Part shown: positions 19,135-28,795 of the stretch, piece by piece
Position numbering within the stretch: the stretch's first letter is position 1
Layout: each line of letters begins with the position of its first letter
Assembly (NCBI GenBank): GCA_965222305.1
Contig: OZ244943.1
Location: 3,974,258 to 4,038,257, forward strand
Reading direction: 5' to 3'
From: Reichenbachiella sp.
Lineage (GTDB): Bacteria; Bacteroidota; Bacteroidia; Cytophagales; Cyclobacteriaceae
Length of the DNA: 64,000 nt
Notes under the pieces: model-generated
What the model was told of the DNA's origin: nothing
The model's input: the letters and a program-made list of their open reading frames with translations, nothing else
Database searches by the model: none
Program-made: the position numbers and the translations under genes

Positions 19135-21359
19135 AAAACAGTTTCTTACATATCGCAATCGCTCTGTTGATCTTTTCTATGTCATTATCGGCTCAGAAAA
19201 GGGCCAAATATGAGGACGTCCTTCCCGGTATTTTACAAAGTGAACCTACCTCGGCCGTGGCGGCTATCAAGAGTTATTTGGAAGAAGACCCGGAAGACAA
19301 TGTGGGAAAATACTTTCAGCTTGGTCTGATCTATCATCAGCGTTTTGAGTCAAGCGATCCGCTGAAGGAATACAAAAAAGCGATGGCCAATATTGGGCTA
19401 TGTAAGGAGTCCTTTGGGATGGTGAAGCAATATATTGATGAGCGGGAAGTAAACCGAAACGAAGAAGAGTATTTCAATTTTGGATACACGGATGGCAGAG
19501 GGAAACTTGTGATCAAATATGATTCTATCCTGACCACAATGGATCGATTTCTGGCTACACAGGAAGCTTTTGAGCAGAATATGCCGGGTATCTATGAGTC
19601 ATTCACCAAGAGCTATGCAGACTACAGCAAGGCCAATGGCGGCTTCAGCTCGATTATTGGTCGCTACAAGACTTTGAAGGATTTGTACTTATTGTATGAT
19701 TCAAATTTAGAGTCGGAGTTCAATCAGTTAAAAGAGAACTACCAAAGCTCACTGAAGCATTTTGAAGAGTACAAGGCCAAGACGGACACATTCGATATTG
19801 GCTATAGCCAAAAACTGAAAACCGACAGAATCAATATTTATCGATTGGATGGACTGGACGTGGAGGTCAATTTTCTGCAAGATGCCATTCCTGTGTGGGA
19901 CTATGCGACTTGGGTGGATGAGGTGCAGGAGTACATTGATACGGAAATCAAAGCGCTCAGAACTAAGATGGAGCAAAATGAAAAACTCATAGCCAACAAG
20001 CTAAAGAGAACAGAAGAGGATTTTGCGAATGGTTCTTATGAGCAGCTAAAAGTCGACAAGGAGTTTCTTTTTACGCTGAGAAAGTTTGATTTACGATCGG
20101 TAGTGGAACCATTGTTTTTATACAAAGAATGGAAGCACGCGATTTTGCATCAAGAGCATTGGGCGAAAACGATTGATGCGGATCACTCCCAGGCCTTTCA
20201 CCGGAAGATGGCGAGCTATGGCCGCATGGTGCACAACATCCGAAAAGCTGATACCGTGCTGCAGGAGGTGATCAAACGCGATGTTGCGGGTTCGTATGAA
20301 AAGTACAAGAGTTTTATAGACGAATACTACCAGGGAATCGAGGGCATCAAGACCTACGCAAATAGTGAACTGGCCATCAGCGACAAAGACTTTCTGCATT
20401 ACGTGGATAAAATTCAGGAAATCGCGAGAGAAGAATTCAACGAAGAAATTCCTGAAACAACGCTGAAATATGGAAGGTATGTGATCCCTGATTACGAACA
20501 AAAAGACGGAAGTGAGGAAAACCCTGGTCAGCTATTTACTACCAGCATCGTTCGAAACATTGACGGTAGCGAATACCTCGGAGGAGTATTCTTCAAATCA
20601 AAGGAAAACAAAAAGGCCTCTTTTATCTGTAAAAAAGAACCGAATGGGCGAGTGAGCTGGTTCAAAGAATTTTTGTTGGAAAAGGATAGTGCAGGAGCAG
20701 ATTCCCACACGGAAATTGCGGTGCTTTATGCAGCGCAGACAGGTTGTGTTTTTGTGCTGAATGGGAGTCATATTGAGTCTGGAGAGAAGTTCAACGTGAT
20801 CCTGGGCTATGACGAAGGGGGTAACAGGATCATGGAACATGACATTGAAACCACGTCCTACCCAAGAAGCATAGACTTTGTGCAAAGGACACACTCCTAC
20901 ATGGTGACCTTCAAAGGAGAAGACCGGGCGCACAATTTTGATGATGACTCTGAATTGTATATCGATAATATCAACGACCGGGGCGAGTCTGTATGGGAGA
21001 CCGGTATAAGAGTTACCGGCAACGTGACCGGAGTGGTGGTGGTAGAAGATGGCTATGTGATTAGCGGGAACTACCAGTCTATCGAAAACCTACAGGGGCA
21101 GCAAGTGATCGCACCGAATGCCGAGGCGACCTTTTTAGTCAAGCTGAATAAGAAAGGCCGAATGGTCAATCAGTTGTTGTTTTCTAAAGACGAACCCTAC
21201 TACACTGACATTTTCTTCAAGACAGGCGACCATGCGATTCATCTATTCGGAAGTAAAAACGGTCATGATCGGGGACACATCGAGAAGGACGACAATGCCC
21301 TGGTACATTTTATCGTGACCCGGGATTTGCATTTGGTGAGTGATTCTTTTGAGAATTGA
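19131..21359 (+). CDS. Large exported hypothetical protein (helical N-terminus, beta-rich C-terminus)
   Basis: 742-aa ORF with signal peptide ending SLSA-Q and an ATGA overlap with the OmpA-domain gene. No family recognised. Confidence 0.8.
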   Translation: MKNSFLHIAIALLIFSMSLSAQKRAKYEDVLPGILQSEPTSAVAAIKSYLEEDPEDNVGKYFQLGLIYHQRFESSDPLKEYKKAMANIGLCKESFGMVKQYIDEREVNRNEEEYFNFGYTDGRGKLVIKYDSILTTMDRFLATQEAFEQNMPGIYESFTKSYADYSKANGGFSSIIGRYKTLKDLYLLYDSNLESEFNQLKENYQSSLKHFEEYKAKTDTFDIGYSQKLKTDRINIYRLDGLDVEVNFLQDAIPVWDYATWVDEVQEYIDTEIKALRTKMEQNEKLIANKLKRTEEDFANGSYEQLKVDKEFLFTLRKFDLRSVVEPLFLYKEWKHAILHQEHWAKTIDADHSQAFHRKMASYGRMVHNIRKADTVLQEVIKRDVAGSYEKYKSFIDEYYQGIEGIKTYANSELAISDKDFLHYVDKIQEIAREEFNEEIPETTLKYGRYVIPDYEQKDGSEENPGQLFTTSIVRNIDGSEYLGGVFFKSKENKKASFICKKEPNGRVSWFKEFLLEKDSAGADSHTEIAVLYAAQTGCVFVLNGSHIESGEKFNVILGYDEGGNRIMEHDIETTSYPRSIDFVQRTHSYMVTFKGEDRAHNFDDDSELYIDNINDRGESVWETGIRVTGNVTGVVVVEDGYVISGNYQSIENLQGQQVIAPNAEATFLVKLNKKGRMVNQLLFSKDEPYYTDIFFKTGDHAIHLFGSKNGHDRGHIEKDDNALVHFIVTRDLHLVSDSFEN

Positions 21360-21446
21360 TCCTGGTGACTTTATTCACAATTATTTAAAAATCCCTTCCC
21401 TTATCCATCACATTAGGAGTCCATTTTTGGGACAGATAATAAGAAG

Positions 21447-21608
21447 ATGGAAGAATTGAACAACCAATTTGTACCTGAAACGAACAGGTACGCCGACCTA
21501 TCTCTTGAGGAACAAGAGAACTTGGGTCTACTCGAAATCATAGGTGACGCTGACTCAAACAAAATGGAATCTGACGAAGCGTATTTTGATCTCCTTGTGG
21601 ATAAGTAA
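21447..21608 (+). CDS. Putative 53-aa acidic small protein
   Basis: Not in the ORF track. Manual translation: MEELNNQFVPETNRYADLSLEEQENLGLLEIIGDADSNKMESDEAYFDLLVDK*. It fills the gap and ends 2 nt from the convergent osmC stop; A-rich context before the ATG. Confidence 0.5.
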   Translation: MEELNNQFVPETNRYADLSLEEQENLGLLEIIGDADSNKMESDEAYFDLLVDK

Positions 21609-21610
21609 GT

Positions 21611-22021
21611 TTACCCCTTTACTATATCAAACCCATGAGTAAGATTGATGGCGGGATCCAATGAGGAGGCCACGCTACAGTAGCTGCTCACAGCAAGACT
21701 CACAATCCTTTCGGCCTCCTTTTCAGTGAGGTCTGGAGAGGTGATCTTGTACTGCACATGGATGTCCGTGAATTTTCTTGGGTGATTTTCAGCCCGGTTT
21801 GCAGTAGTCTCAGCACTGAGGTCCACAAATGTTTTTCTTCGTTTTTTGATCATGGAGACAATGTCTACAGCCGCGCAAGAAGCCACAGCACTGAGTACGA
21901 GCTGCATAGGTGACTGGGAATTTTTCTCCTCCGGATCCAGCATATCTATGGATACGGTATTACCAGAGTCGTTAGTGGCTTCCCACTGCTTGTCGGAGAT
22001 GTATTTCAATGTTGATTTCAT
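21611..22021 (-). CDS. OsmC family protein
   Basis: SPMQLVLSAVASCAAVDIVSMIKK and AVSSYCSVASSL give the two conserved Cys. Confidence 0.9.
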   Translation of the reverse strand: MKSTLKYISDKQWEATNDSGNTVSIDMLDPEEKNSQSPMQLVLSAVASCAAVDIVSMIKKRRKTFVDLSAETTANRAENHPRKFTDIHVQYKITSPDLTEKEAERIVSLAVSSYCSVASSLDPAINLTHGFDIVKG

Positions 22022-22026
22022 GGTGG

Positions 22027-22034
22027 CAAATTTA
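22027..22034 (-). promoter_or_regulatory. Bacteroidota sigma-A -7 element upstream of osmC
   Basis: TAAATTTG (TAnnTTTG) on the minus strand, 5 nt before the ATG. Confidence 0.6.
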
Positions 22035-22159
22035 TGAGAGAAAAGGGAGATGAAAAGTCACAAGTCTGAAGACTTGCGCTAGGTAGTAAATTATATGCAC
22101 TTGGATATAATAGTTGATATAATGTAGTAATTATATGCTTTTACATATAGAGTTTAATC

Positions 22160-22207
22160 AAACCTGTCAGGTTTCTCTTCATTCCGGGCTAAAACCTGAC
22201 AGGTTTT
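22160..22207. repeat. REP-like inverted pair of near-palindromes
   Basis: AAACCTGTCAGGTTT (22160-22174) and AAAACCTGACAGGTTTT (22191-22207) share a reverse-complementary 15-nt core, and each is palindromic except for the central base. Confidence 0.7.
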
Positions 22208-22320
22208 CGTTATCCAGTGGCTCATGCGTCACCGACGTCCGGGACGTTCGTAATTTTCAGGAAAAAGACAGAATGCTAGCAATTGCATTGCGGGGGTGCT
22301 GGCAGGAAGGTTGGTATATT

Positions 22321-22356
22321 GAGCGGAAATAACTTCCGCTCTAATAGGTTTTTTTT
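22321..22356 (+). terminator. Hairpin with downstream T tract
   Basis: GAGCGGAA-ATAAC-TTCCGCTC stem, then TAATAGG and a long T run. No upstream gene is clearly assigned to it. Confidence 0.45.
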
Positions 22357-22405
22357 TATACTTATTAAAGGCATTGCAAATGCCAAAAAATATTTCTGGA
22401 GTTCT

Positions 22406-22975
22406 TCAAAATGGTGACTTTTGGTCAAAGTGTTTATTTCTTTCCCATCTGTCAATTTTATGCTTATAAAATGGTTCGAAGAGTTTAGAAAATTTAATCA
22501 GGCCAGCAAAAATAAGTACCAACAAAATACCAAGTGCTATATAAGCTTTTATCGTTGATTGAGATTCTTGATAATAATCAGTTAGCCAAACATGTGTAAC
22601 ATTGTTTATTGCCTTATCAATAGCTAAATAATAGTCCCCTGTAATTGAAAGACCTTCGGATGCCTTGTTGGCAATTCTTTCAAGTTTAGATGCTGTTATA
22701 AGTTCTAATATGTCAGGACTGGCTGATACTTTAAGTAATTGAGAATCTTTTGATACGTGAATTAAGATTTCCCGATGTTCTAATCTGACCTCTTCCGAAT
22801 TAGTCGAAGTGCTGGAAGAGACTAAGAATTCTAAAGAAGCCTCATTCTGAATACGCTTGAGTCGTTTCAAAAGGGTTTTTTCTTGGCTTTCGGTGAGAAT
22901 TCCCGCTTTATCTGCAATTGGACCATCTATCTCAATTGAGATAAATGATAGCACCATAAATAGAATACTGGTCAT
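22406..22975 (-). CDS. TPM (TLP18.3/Psb32/MOLO-1) domain-like membrane protein
   Basis: IADKAGILTESQEKTLLKRL, ITGDYYLAIDKAI and a C-terminal TM segment; AT-rich. Confidence 0.65.
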   Translation of the reverse strand: MTSILFMVLSFISIEIDGPIADKAGILTESQEKTLLKRLKRIQNEASLEFLVSSSTSTNSEEVRLEHREILIHVSKDSQLLKVSASPDILELITASKLERIANKASEGLSITGDYYLAIDKAINNVTHVWLTDYYQESQSTIKAYIALGILLVLIFAGLIKFSKLFEPFYKHKIDRWERNKHFDQKSPF

Positions 22976-23027
22976 TAATTTTTAAAACAAACTCTAATTT
23001 AATGATTAAATCATTCCTCTGACTAAA

Positions 23028-26000
23028 TCACATATTCCTCCTGTACTGCCCCCCAACTTCAAACAGCGCATGCGTGATCTGACCCAGTGAGCAATATTTG
23101 CTGGTCTCCATGAGCTGCTCGAAGATGTTGCCATTTTCGATGCAGACTTTTTGAAGGTTTTTGAGTTCTTCATCTGCATTTTTATGGTGCGAGTGGAGGT
23201 TTTCCAGCATTTCGATCTGGTATTCTTTTTCTTCTGTGGTGGCGCGGATCACTTCCTGAGGGATGATGGTAGGCGAGCCTTTGGAAGACAAAAAAGTATT
23301 CACCCCGATGATGGGGTATTCGCCTGAGTGTTTGAGTCCTTCGTAGTACATGCTTTCTTCCTGGATCTTGCCGCGCTGGTACATGGTCTCCATGGCGCCC
23401 AGCACCCCGCCCCGCTCCGTGATCCGGTCAAACTCAGCTAGTACAGCTTCTTCCACCAGATCAGTCAGCTCTTCGATGATGAAAGAACCTTGAAGCGGAT
23501 TTTCGTTCTTGGCCAGCCCGAGCTCCCGATTGATGATCAGCTGTATCGCCATAGCACGGCGTACCGACTCCTCAGTAGGCGTTGTAATCGCTTCATCATA
23601 GGCGTTTGTATGTAGAGAGTTGCAGTTGTCATAAATGGCGTAGAGCGCCTGCAAAGTGGTTCTAATGTCGTTGAAGTCTATCTCTTGGGCGTGGAGCGAA
23701 CGGCCACTGGTCTGTATGTGGTATTTGAGTTTTTGTGAGCGCTCATTGGCTTTGTATTTCAGCTTCATGGCCTTGGCCCAGATGCGTCGAGCTACCCTAC
23801 CGATCACGGCATATTCCGGATCAATTCCGTTGGAGAAGAAGAAGGAAAGATTCGGGGCAAAATCGTCGACATTCATTCCTCGGCTCACATAATATTCCAC
23901 GAAGGTGAAGCCGTTAGACAATGTCAAAGCCAACTGCGTGATCGGGTTGGCCCCGGCCTCAGCGATGTGATAGCCTGAAATCGAAACGGAATAGAAGTTT
24001 CTCACCCCACTTTGAATAAAATGCTCCTGCACATCACCCATGAGCTTCAGAGAAAACTCAGTGGAAAAAATGCAGGTGTTTTGCGCCTGGTCTTCTTTGA
24101 GAATGTCAGCCTGGACAGTACCTCGGACTCTGGATAGGGCATCGGCCTTTATCTTTTCATAGATTTCTTGATCTAATACCTGATCTCCTGTCACACCCAG
24201 CAACATCAGTCCCAGCCCATCATTTCCTTCTGGTAAGTCACCTTGATAAGAAGATCGCTTTTTGTCCTTATACAGCGCAGAGATTTTTTTCTCAACCTCT
24301 TTTTCCAGCCCGTTTTCCTTGATGTAGAGTTCGCATTGCTGATCGATGGCCGCATTCATAAAGTAGGCACAAATGGTCGCGGCAGGCCCGTTGATGGTCA
24401 TGGAGACCGAAGTTGTTGGATCGCAAAGATTGAAGCCAGAGTAAAGTTTCTTGGCATCGTCGAGACAGCAAATACTTACGCCTGAATTACCAATCTTTCC
24501 ATAGATATCCGGCCGATGATCCGGGTCTTCTCCGTAGAGTGTGACAGAATCAAATGCCGTAGAAAGCCGGGCTGCAGGTAGGCCCTTTGATACATAGTGA
24601 AATCGTGCGTTGGTTCGCTCCGGCCCTCCTTCTCCGGCGAACATTCTAGTTGGGTCTTCCCCTGATCGTTTGAAAGGAAACACGCCTGATGTGTATGGAA
24701 ATTCACCCGGGACGTTTTCCTGTAGAGACCACCTCAGGATATCCCCCCATCCCTCAAATCGTGGCAAGCTGATTTTAGGGATTTTCAGGTGAGACAGGGA
24801 TTCTGTCTTGGTCTCAACCTTAATTTCTTTTCCTCGCACTGAATAGGTAAAATGATCCCCTGAATAGTTGGCCTTTTTCTCGGACCAGTCTTCCAGGATT
24901 TGATGGTTTTCTTTTGATAGCTGATCGACAACTTCCTCTGTTTTGTTTTTAAGCGAATCTGAATCTGGGATTAATTTTTCAGTTCTCTTAAGCGCGAAGA
25001 GGTCATTGGCAAGTGAGGATTGTTGTTCTACCCACTCATCATAGCTTCGGATTTCATCGGATATTTCAGAGAGGTAGCGAGTCCGCTTGGGAGGGATGAT
25101 GAAGATCTTTTCGGACTCGGAAGTTTCCGAACTTTCCGTTGATTTCAAATCACTTGACGTTTTTTCATTCAGTGTTTTGATCACCTTGGAATAGAGCCGA
25201 TTCATTCCGGGATCGTTGAATTGCGAGGCGATGGTGCCAAAGACAGGAAGCTCACTTTCATCGGCCTCCCAAAGCTCGTGATTTCGCTGGTACTGTTTTT
25301 TTACGTCCCTGAGGGCATCGGCAGATCCTTTTTTGTCCAGTTTGTTAAGGGCGATCAAATCGGCAAAATCCAGCATATCGATTTTTTCCAGTTGAGACGC
25401 AGCACCGTATTCAGGAGTCATCACGTACAGTGAAACATCAGAGTGCTCGATAATTTCTGTATCGGATTGGCCGATTCCACTAGTCTCCAAAATGATCAAA
25501 TCAAACGCGCTGGTTTTTAATACGTTGACAGCATCTTGTACATATTTCGATAAGGCCAAATTGGATTGACGTGTAGCCATGGAACGCATGTAAACTCTTG
25601 GGTCATTGATGGAGTTCATACGGATTCTATCACCCAATAGAGCTCCTCCCGACTTTCGTTTGGAAGGATCTACTGAAACGATGGCTAGCGTTTTATCTTC
25701 AAAATCCGCCAGGAACCTTCGAACTAATTCATCAACCAAAGAAGACTTTCCAGCCCCACCGGTTCCTGTGATGCCTAGTACTGGTGTTTTTGAAGATGAG
25801 GCATTTGACAAGACTTCTATTTCTCCTACTCCATTTTCGAATTGGGTAATCGCACGACTCAGTGTTGCCGGATTCTTCTGAGTTAATTCTTTGTTGCTGA
25901 TCTTAATTGAGTCCAATGCATAGTCGCACTGCTCCAGGACGTCGTTGATCATGCCTTGCAGGCCAAGGGTTCTGCCGTCATCCGGTGAGTAGATTCTATT

Positions 26001-26360
26001 GATTCCGTATGCATGCAGTTCCTCAATTTCGGTAGGAAGAATGGTACCCCCTCCTCCTCCAAAAATCTTGATGTGTCCACAGCCTCTTTCTTTGAGCAGG
26101 TCAAACATGTACTTGAAAAATTCCATGTGTCCACCCTGATATGAGGTGATGGCGATTCCCTGTACATCCTCCTGAATGGCACAGTTGACGATCTCATCCA
26201 CAGAGCGATTGTGCCCAAGATGAATGACCTCAGCGCCTGATGATTGGAGGATTCGGCGCATGATGTTGATCGCGGCATCATGTCCATCGAATAAAGATCC
26301 GGCCGTGACGATCCTAACTGAATGGGTTGGTTTGTAGGGTGCTGTTTTTGGGTTTTTCAT
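23028..26360 (-). CDS. icmF: Fused isobutyryl-CoA mutase / MeaB-like GTPase IcmF
   Basis: B12-binding [16 protein letters not shown]-loop [12 protein letters not shown], and mutase core [38 protein letters not shown] and [10 protein letters not shown]. Confidence 0.93.
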   Translation of the reverse strand: MKNPKTAPYKPTHSVRIVTAGSLFDGHDAAINIMRRILQSSGAEVIHLGHNRSVDEIVNCAIQEDVQGIAITSYQGGHMEFFKYMFDLLKERGCGHIKIFGGGGGTILPTEIEELHAYGINRIYSPDDGRTLGLQGMINDVLEQCDYALDSIKISNKELTQKNPATLSRAITQFENGVGEIEVLSNASSSKTPVLGITGTGGAGKSSLVDELVRRFLADFEDKTLAIVSVDPSKRKSGGALLGDRIRMNSINDPRVYMRSMATRQSNLALSKYVQDAVNVLKTSAFDLIILETSGIGQSDTEIIEHSDVSLYVMTPEYGAASQLEKIDMLDFADLIALNKLDKKGSADALRDVKKQYQRNHELWEADESELPVFGTIASQFNDPGMNRLYSKVIKTLNEKTSSDLKSTESSETSESEKIFIIPPKRTRYLSEISDEIRSYDEWVEQQSSLANDLFALKRTEKLIPDSDSLKNKTEEVVDQLSKENHQILEDWSEKKANYSGDHFTYSVRGKEIKVETKTESLSHLKIPKISLPRFEGWGDILRWSLQENVPGEFPYTSGVFPFKRSGEDPTRMFAGEGGPERTNARFHYVSKGLPAARLSTAFDSVTLYGEDPDHRPDIYGKIGNSGVSICCLDDAKKLYSGFNLCDPTTSVSMTINGPAATICAYFMNAAIDQQCELYIKENGLEKEVEKKISALYKDKKRSSYQGDLPEGNDGLGLMLLGVTGDQVLDQEIYEKIKADALSRVRGTVQADILKEDQAQNTCIFSTEFSLKLMGDVQEHFIQSGVRNFYSVSISGYHIAEAGANPITQLALTLSNGFTFVEYYVSRGMNVDDFAPNLSFFFSNGIDPEYAVIGRVARRIWAKAMKLKYKANERSQKLKYHIQTSGRSLHAQEIDFNDIRTTLQALYAIYDNCNSLHTNAYDEAITTPTEESVRRAMAIQLIINRELGLAKNENPLQGSFIIEELTDLVEEAVLAEFDRITERGGVLGAMETMYQRGKIQEESMYYEGLKHSGEYPIIGVNTFLSSKGSPTIIPQEVIRATTEEKEYQIEMLENLHSHHKNADEELKNLQKVCIENGNIFEQLMETSKYCSLGQITHALFEVGGQYRRNM

Positions 26361-26405
26361 GGCCTGCCAAGTTACAAAATCCCCATCGAATCGGCGGTGG
26401 ATGGC

Positions 26406-27653
26406 TCAAATGAAACGCTCCAGTGTGAAGGTTTTTTTGACGGTATTTTCACCATCATAAACCCTTAGCGTAATCTTTCTGCCGGGTGATTTCCTCAGCA
26501 TGGCATGCGCTCCGGCAAGCTCAATGCTGGCGTAGGTCATCCCATTGATGCTTAGGATCACATCTCCAATGCGGACGCCGGCTTCATAGGCCGGCGAACC
26601 ATAGCGGACTGCGATCACACGGAAGCTATTGAATTCTTCGCCATTGGCCACAATCGTCATCCCACTCATGTCATGCTCAAACTCCCGCTTGAATTGATGG
26701 TTTTTTTTGAGGTACAGGTATTGGTTATGATAATCTATGACCACATTAAAACGTGATAGAAACTCTCCCCCAATCGTACCATGGTGGCTGCCTTTTTTGG
26801 CCAACGAGCCATAGTCCCCCTTGAGGGGAAAAGAGATGATCGGTTGCTCCAGTTTAAATTCGTCAACCTGTATGGAAGAGACCCTTCCTACGTGACCGAA
26901 AATCTCCCCGCCCAAACCTCTTCCGATTACAGAAGGCACATTTTTCTCCGGAAGGAAGGAGCCTTCGTCCGGGTTGTTGATCAGTAGGGAATGGCTAGCC
27001 CCAGTATCGATCATCAACGGCAACTCCTTAGAACCTTGATCAGCATTCCGAACGGTCACAGGAATGTAAGGTTTAGTGGACTCAAGCGTGATGGGCACTT
27101 TCCTATACTTTTTCTTGACTTTAAATTCCTCGGGTTCATACAGAGTCAAATAATTCTCTTCATAATTGACCTCCACAATAAACCGACTGAAGATATCATA
27201 GCCGATGATGCCAAAAACTTCTGTTCCCAGGCTTTCTCTCAGCTGCAGATAGTCATTTTCCAGAACCAAAAACGGCTGGTATTTGCCGGATTTTACGCCT
27301 CCCGGCAGAGTAAGTGAAACGTTCGATGCCACCAGCGCGGTGATAGAGTCTTGAATGCCGGGTCCCTGAATCATGAGTTTTCTGGGATATTCAAAGTTGA
27401 GAAGATCCCCATAAAACTTCTCCGTCAGGATTGGGTATTGAACTCCAGTATCCAGGATAAATTTTAGGGTGACATCCCCATTGATTTTCACCGGGATCAC
27501 GATGAGGTTATTGAACTGTTCAAACGGGATGCGAATCTTGGTTCGTCCTTCGGGAAGACTGAAGCCCATCTCTTGGCTATTAGCCGAAAGGCATAGCACG
27601 CAGAGCCAGGCAAGCAGAAGGGACTTGAGATAGGTATGGAATAGCTGCTTCAT
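26406..27653 (-). CDS. Exported aspartyl protease family protein with PDZ domain
   Basis: Signal peptide; two DTG motifs (FILDTGV, LMIDTGA); C-terminal PDZ (SPAYEAGVRIGDVILSING). Confidence 0.88.
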   Translation of the reverse strand: MKQLFHTYLKSLLLAWLCVLCLSANSQEMGFSLPEGRTKIRIPFEQFNNLIVIPVKINGDVTLKFILDTGVQYPILTEKFYGDLLNFEYPRKLMIQGPGIQDSITALVASNVSLTLPGGVKSGKYQPFLVLENDYLQLRESLGTEVFGIIGYDIFSRFIVEVNYEENYLTLYEPEEFKVKKKYRKVPITLESTKPYIPVTVRNADQGSKELPLMIDTGASHSLLINNPDEGSFLPEKNVPSVIGRGLGGEIFGHVGRVSSIQVDEFKLEQPIISFPLKGDYGSLAKKGSHHGTIGGEFLSRFNVVIDYHNQYLYLKKNHQFKREFEHDMSGMTIVANGEEFNSFRVIAVRYGSPAYEAGVRIGDVILSINGMTYASIELAGAHAMLRKSPGRKITLRVYDGENTVKKTFTLERFI

Positions 27654-27769
27654 CGGGATTGGTTAATATCGGGGATTCTTTCAAAAGAATCAATTGGGTC
27701 AATGAATATTAACGAATCGAACGAAGGCAGGTTCATGGCTTATTCACTGGCACAGAATTGATTTAACCC

Positions 27770-27777
27770 TATTTTTG
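27770..27777 (+). promoter_or_regulatory. Bacteroidota sigma-A -7 element upstream of hemB
   Basis: TATTTTTG, 5 nt before the ATG at 27783. Confidence 0.5.
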
Positions 27778-27782
27778 TGACA

Positions 27783-28763
27783 ATGATGAAGCGCAGACCA
27801 AGAAGAAACCGAAAAAGCGAAGCGATTCGCAATCTGGTACAGGAAACCCAGCTCACCGTGCATGACCTCATGTACCCAGTATTTCTACTGGAAGGAAAAA
27901 ACAAGAAAGAGGAAGTAAACTCTATGCCCGGAATTTTCAGACTCTCTGAAGATTTCCTGCTCAAGGAGATTGAGAATTGCTTAAAGCTGGGCGTCCAGGC
28001 GTTTGATGTTTTTCCTGTGGTGGACGAAAAGCACAAGGGTAAAATGGCGACCCGCAGCTATGACCCGGATTTTTTCTACCTACAGACACTAAAGAAAATA
28101 AAGGAAGAGTTTCCCGAGGCCTGCATCATGACCGATGTGGCAATGGATCCCTATAGTACCGATGGCCATGATGGGATCGTCGATGCCCAGGGTGAAATCC
28201 TCAACGACGAAACTCTGGAGGTATTGGGCAAGATGACGCTGGCCCAGGCCCATATGGGAGCCGACATCATTGGACCGTCGGATATGATGGATGGACGTGT
28301 AGGTTACCTGAGGGATCTCATGGATGAAAACGGGTTACAGAAAACGTCGATAATGTCTTACACCGCAAAGTATGCCAGTGCATTTTACGGGCCATTTAGG
28401 GATGCGCTTGATTCTGCACCCAAGTCGGGGGATAAGAAGACCTACCAAATGAATCCTGCAAATTCTCGTGAGGCCTTTATTGAAGCAGAGCTCGACACTG
28501 AGGAAGGAGCGGATTACCTAATGGTAAAGCCGGCCTTGTCTTATCTAGATGTCATTCAGAGTCTCAAGAATAATTTTGACCTCCCAATAGCAGCGTATAA
28601 CGTCTCCGGAGAGTACTCAATGATCAAAGCTGCTGACGAGCGTGGATGGCTGGATGGCAAGTCTGCTATGATGGAATCGGTACTGTCGATCAAGCGGGCC
28701 GGGGCGGATATTATACTTACCTATTTCGCCAGGGAGATTGCTGAGGAACTGAGGAAGGCTTAA
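27783..28763 (+). CDS. hemB: Porphobilinogen synthase (ALA dehydratase), Cys-free non-zinc type
   Basis: RRPRRNR, DVAMDPYSTDGHDG (Asp-rich, no Zn-binding Cys), PSDMMDGR, YASAFYGPFRDA, LMVKPA and AAYNVSGEY. Confidence 0.96.
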   Translation: MMKRRPRRNRKSEAIRNLVQETQLTVHDLMYPVFLLEGKNKKEEVNSMPGIFRLSEDFLLKEIENCLKLGVQAFDVFPVVDEKHKGKMATRSYDPDFFYLQTLKKIKEEFPEACIMTDVAMDPYSTDGHDGIVDAQGEILNDETLEVLGKMTLAQAHMGADIIGPSDMMDGRVGYLRDLMDENGLQKTSIMSYTAKYASAFYGPFRDALDSAPKSGDKKTYQMNPANSREAFIEAELDTEEGADYLMVKPALSYLDVIQSLKNNFDLPIAAYNVSGEYSMIKAADERGWLDGKSAMMESVLSIKRAGADIILTYFAREIAEELRKA

Positions 28764-28767
28764 AGAA

Positions 28768-28795
28768 AAAGGCACCCTTTACCAAGAGTGCCTTT
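28768..28795 (+). terminator. Intrinsic terminator after hemB (possibly bidirectional)
   Basis: AAAGGCAC...GTGCCTTT stem directly after the stop, with A and T runs on either side. Confidence 0.7.

Noticed and set aside
13072-21608. CHAT locus as type III-E CRISPR (Craspase) or gasdermin system
   Set aside because: No cas genes, repeat-spacer array or gasdermin-like ORF was seen, and the protease appears to be exported.
22135-22332. 65-aa ORF MLLHIEFNQTCQV...
   Set aside because: QTCQV and KPDRF are simply translations of the REP-like palindromes, and the ORF crosses several hairpins.
27747-27764. TGGCAC upstream of hemB as a sigma-54 promoter
   Set aside because: There is no GC at the -12 position, and a TAnnTTTG box explains the promoter better.
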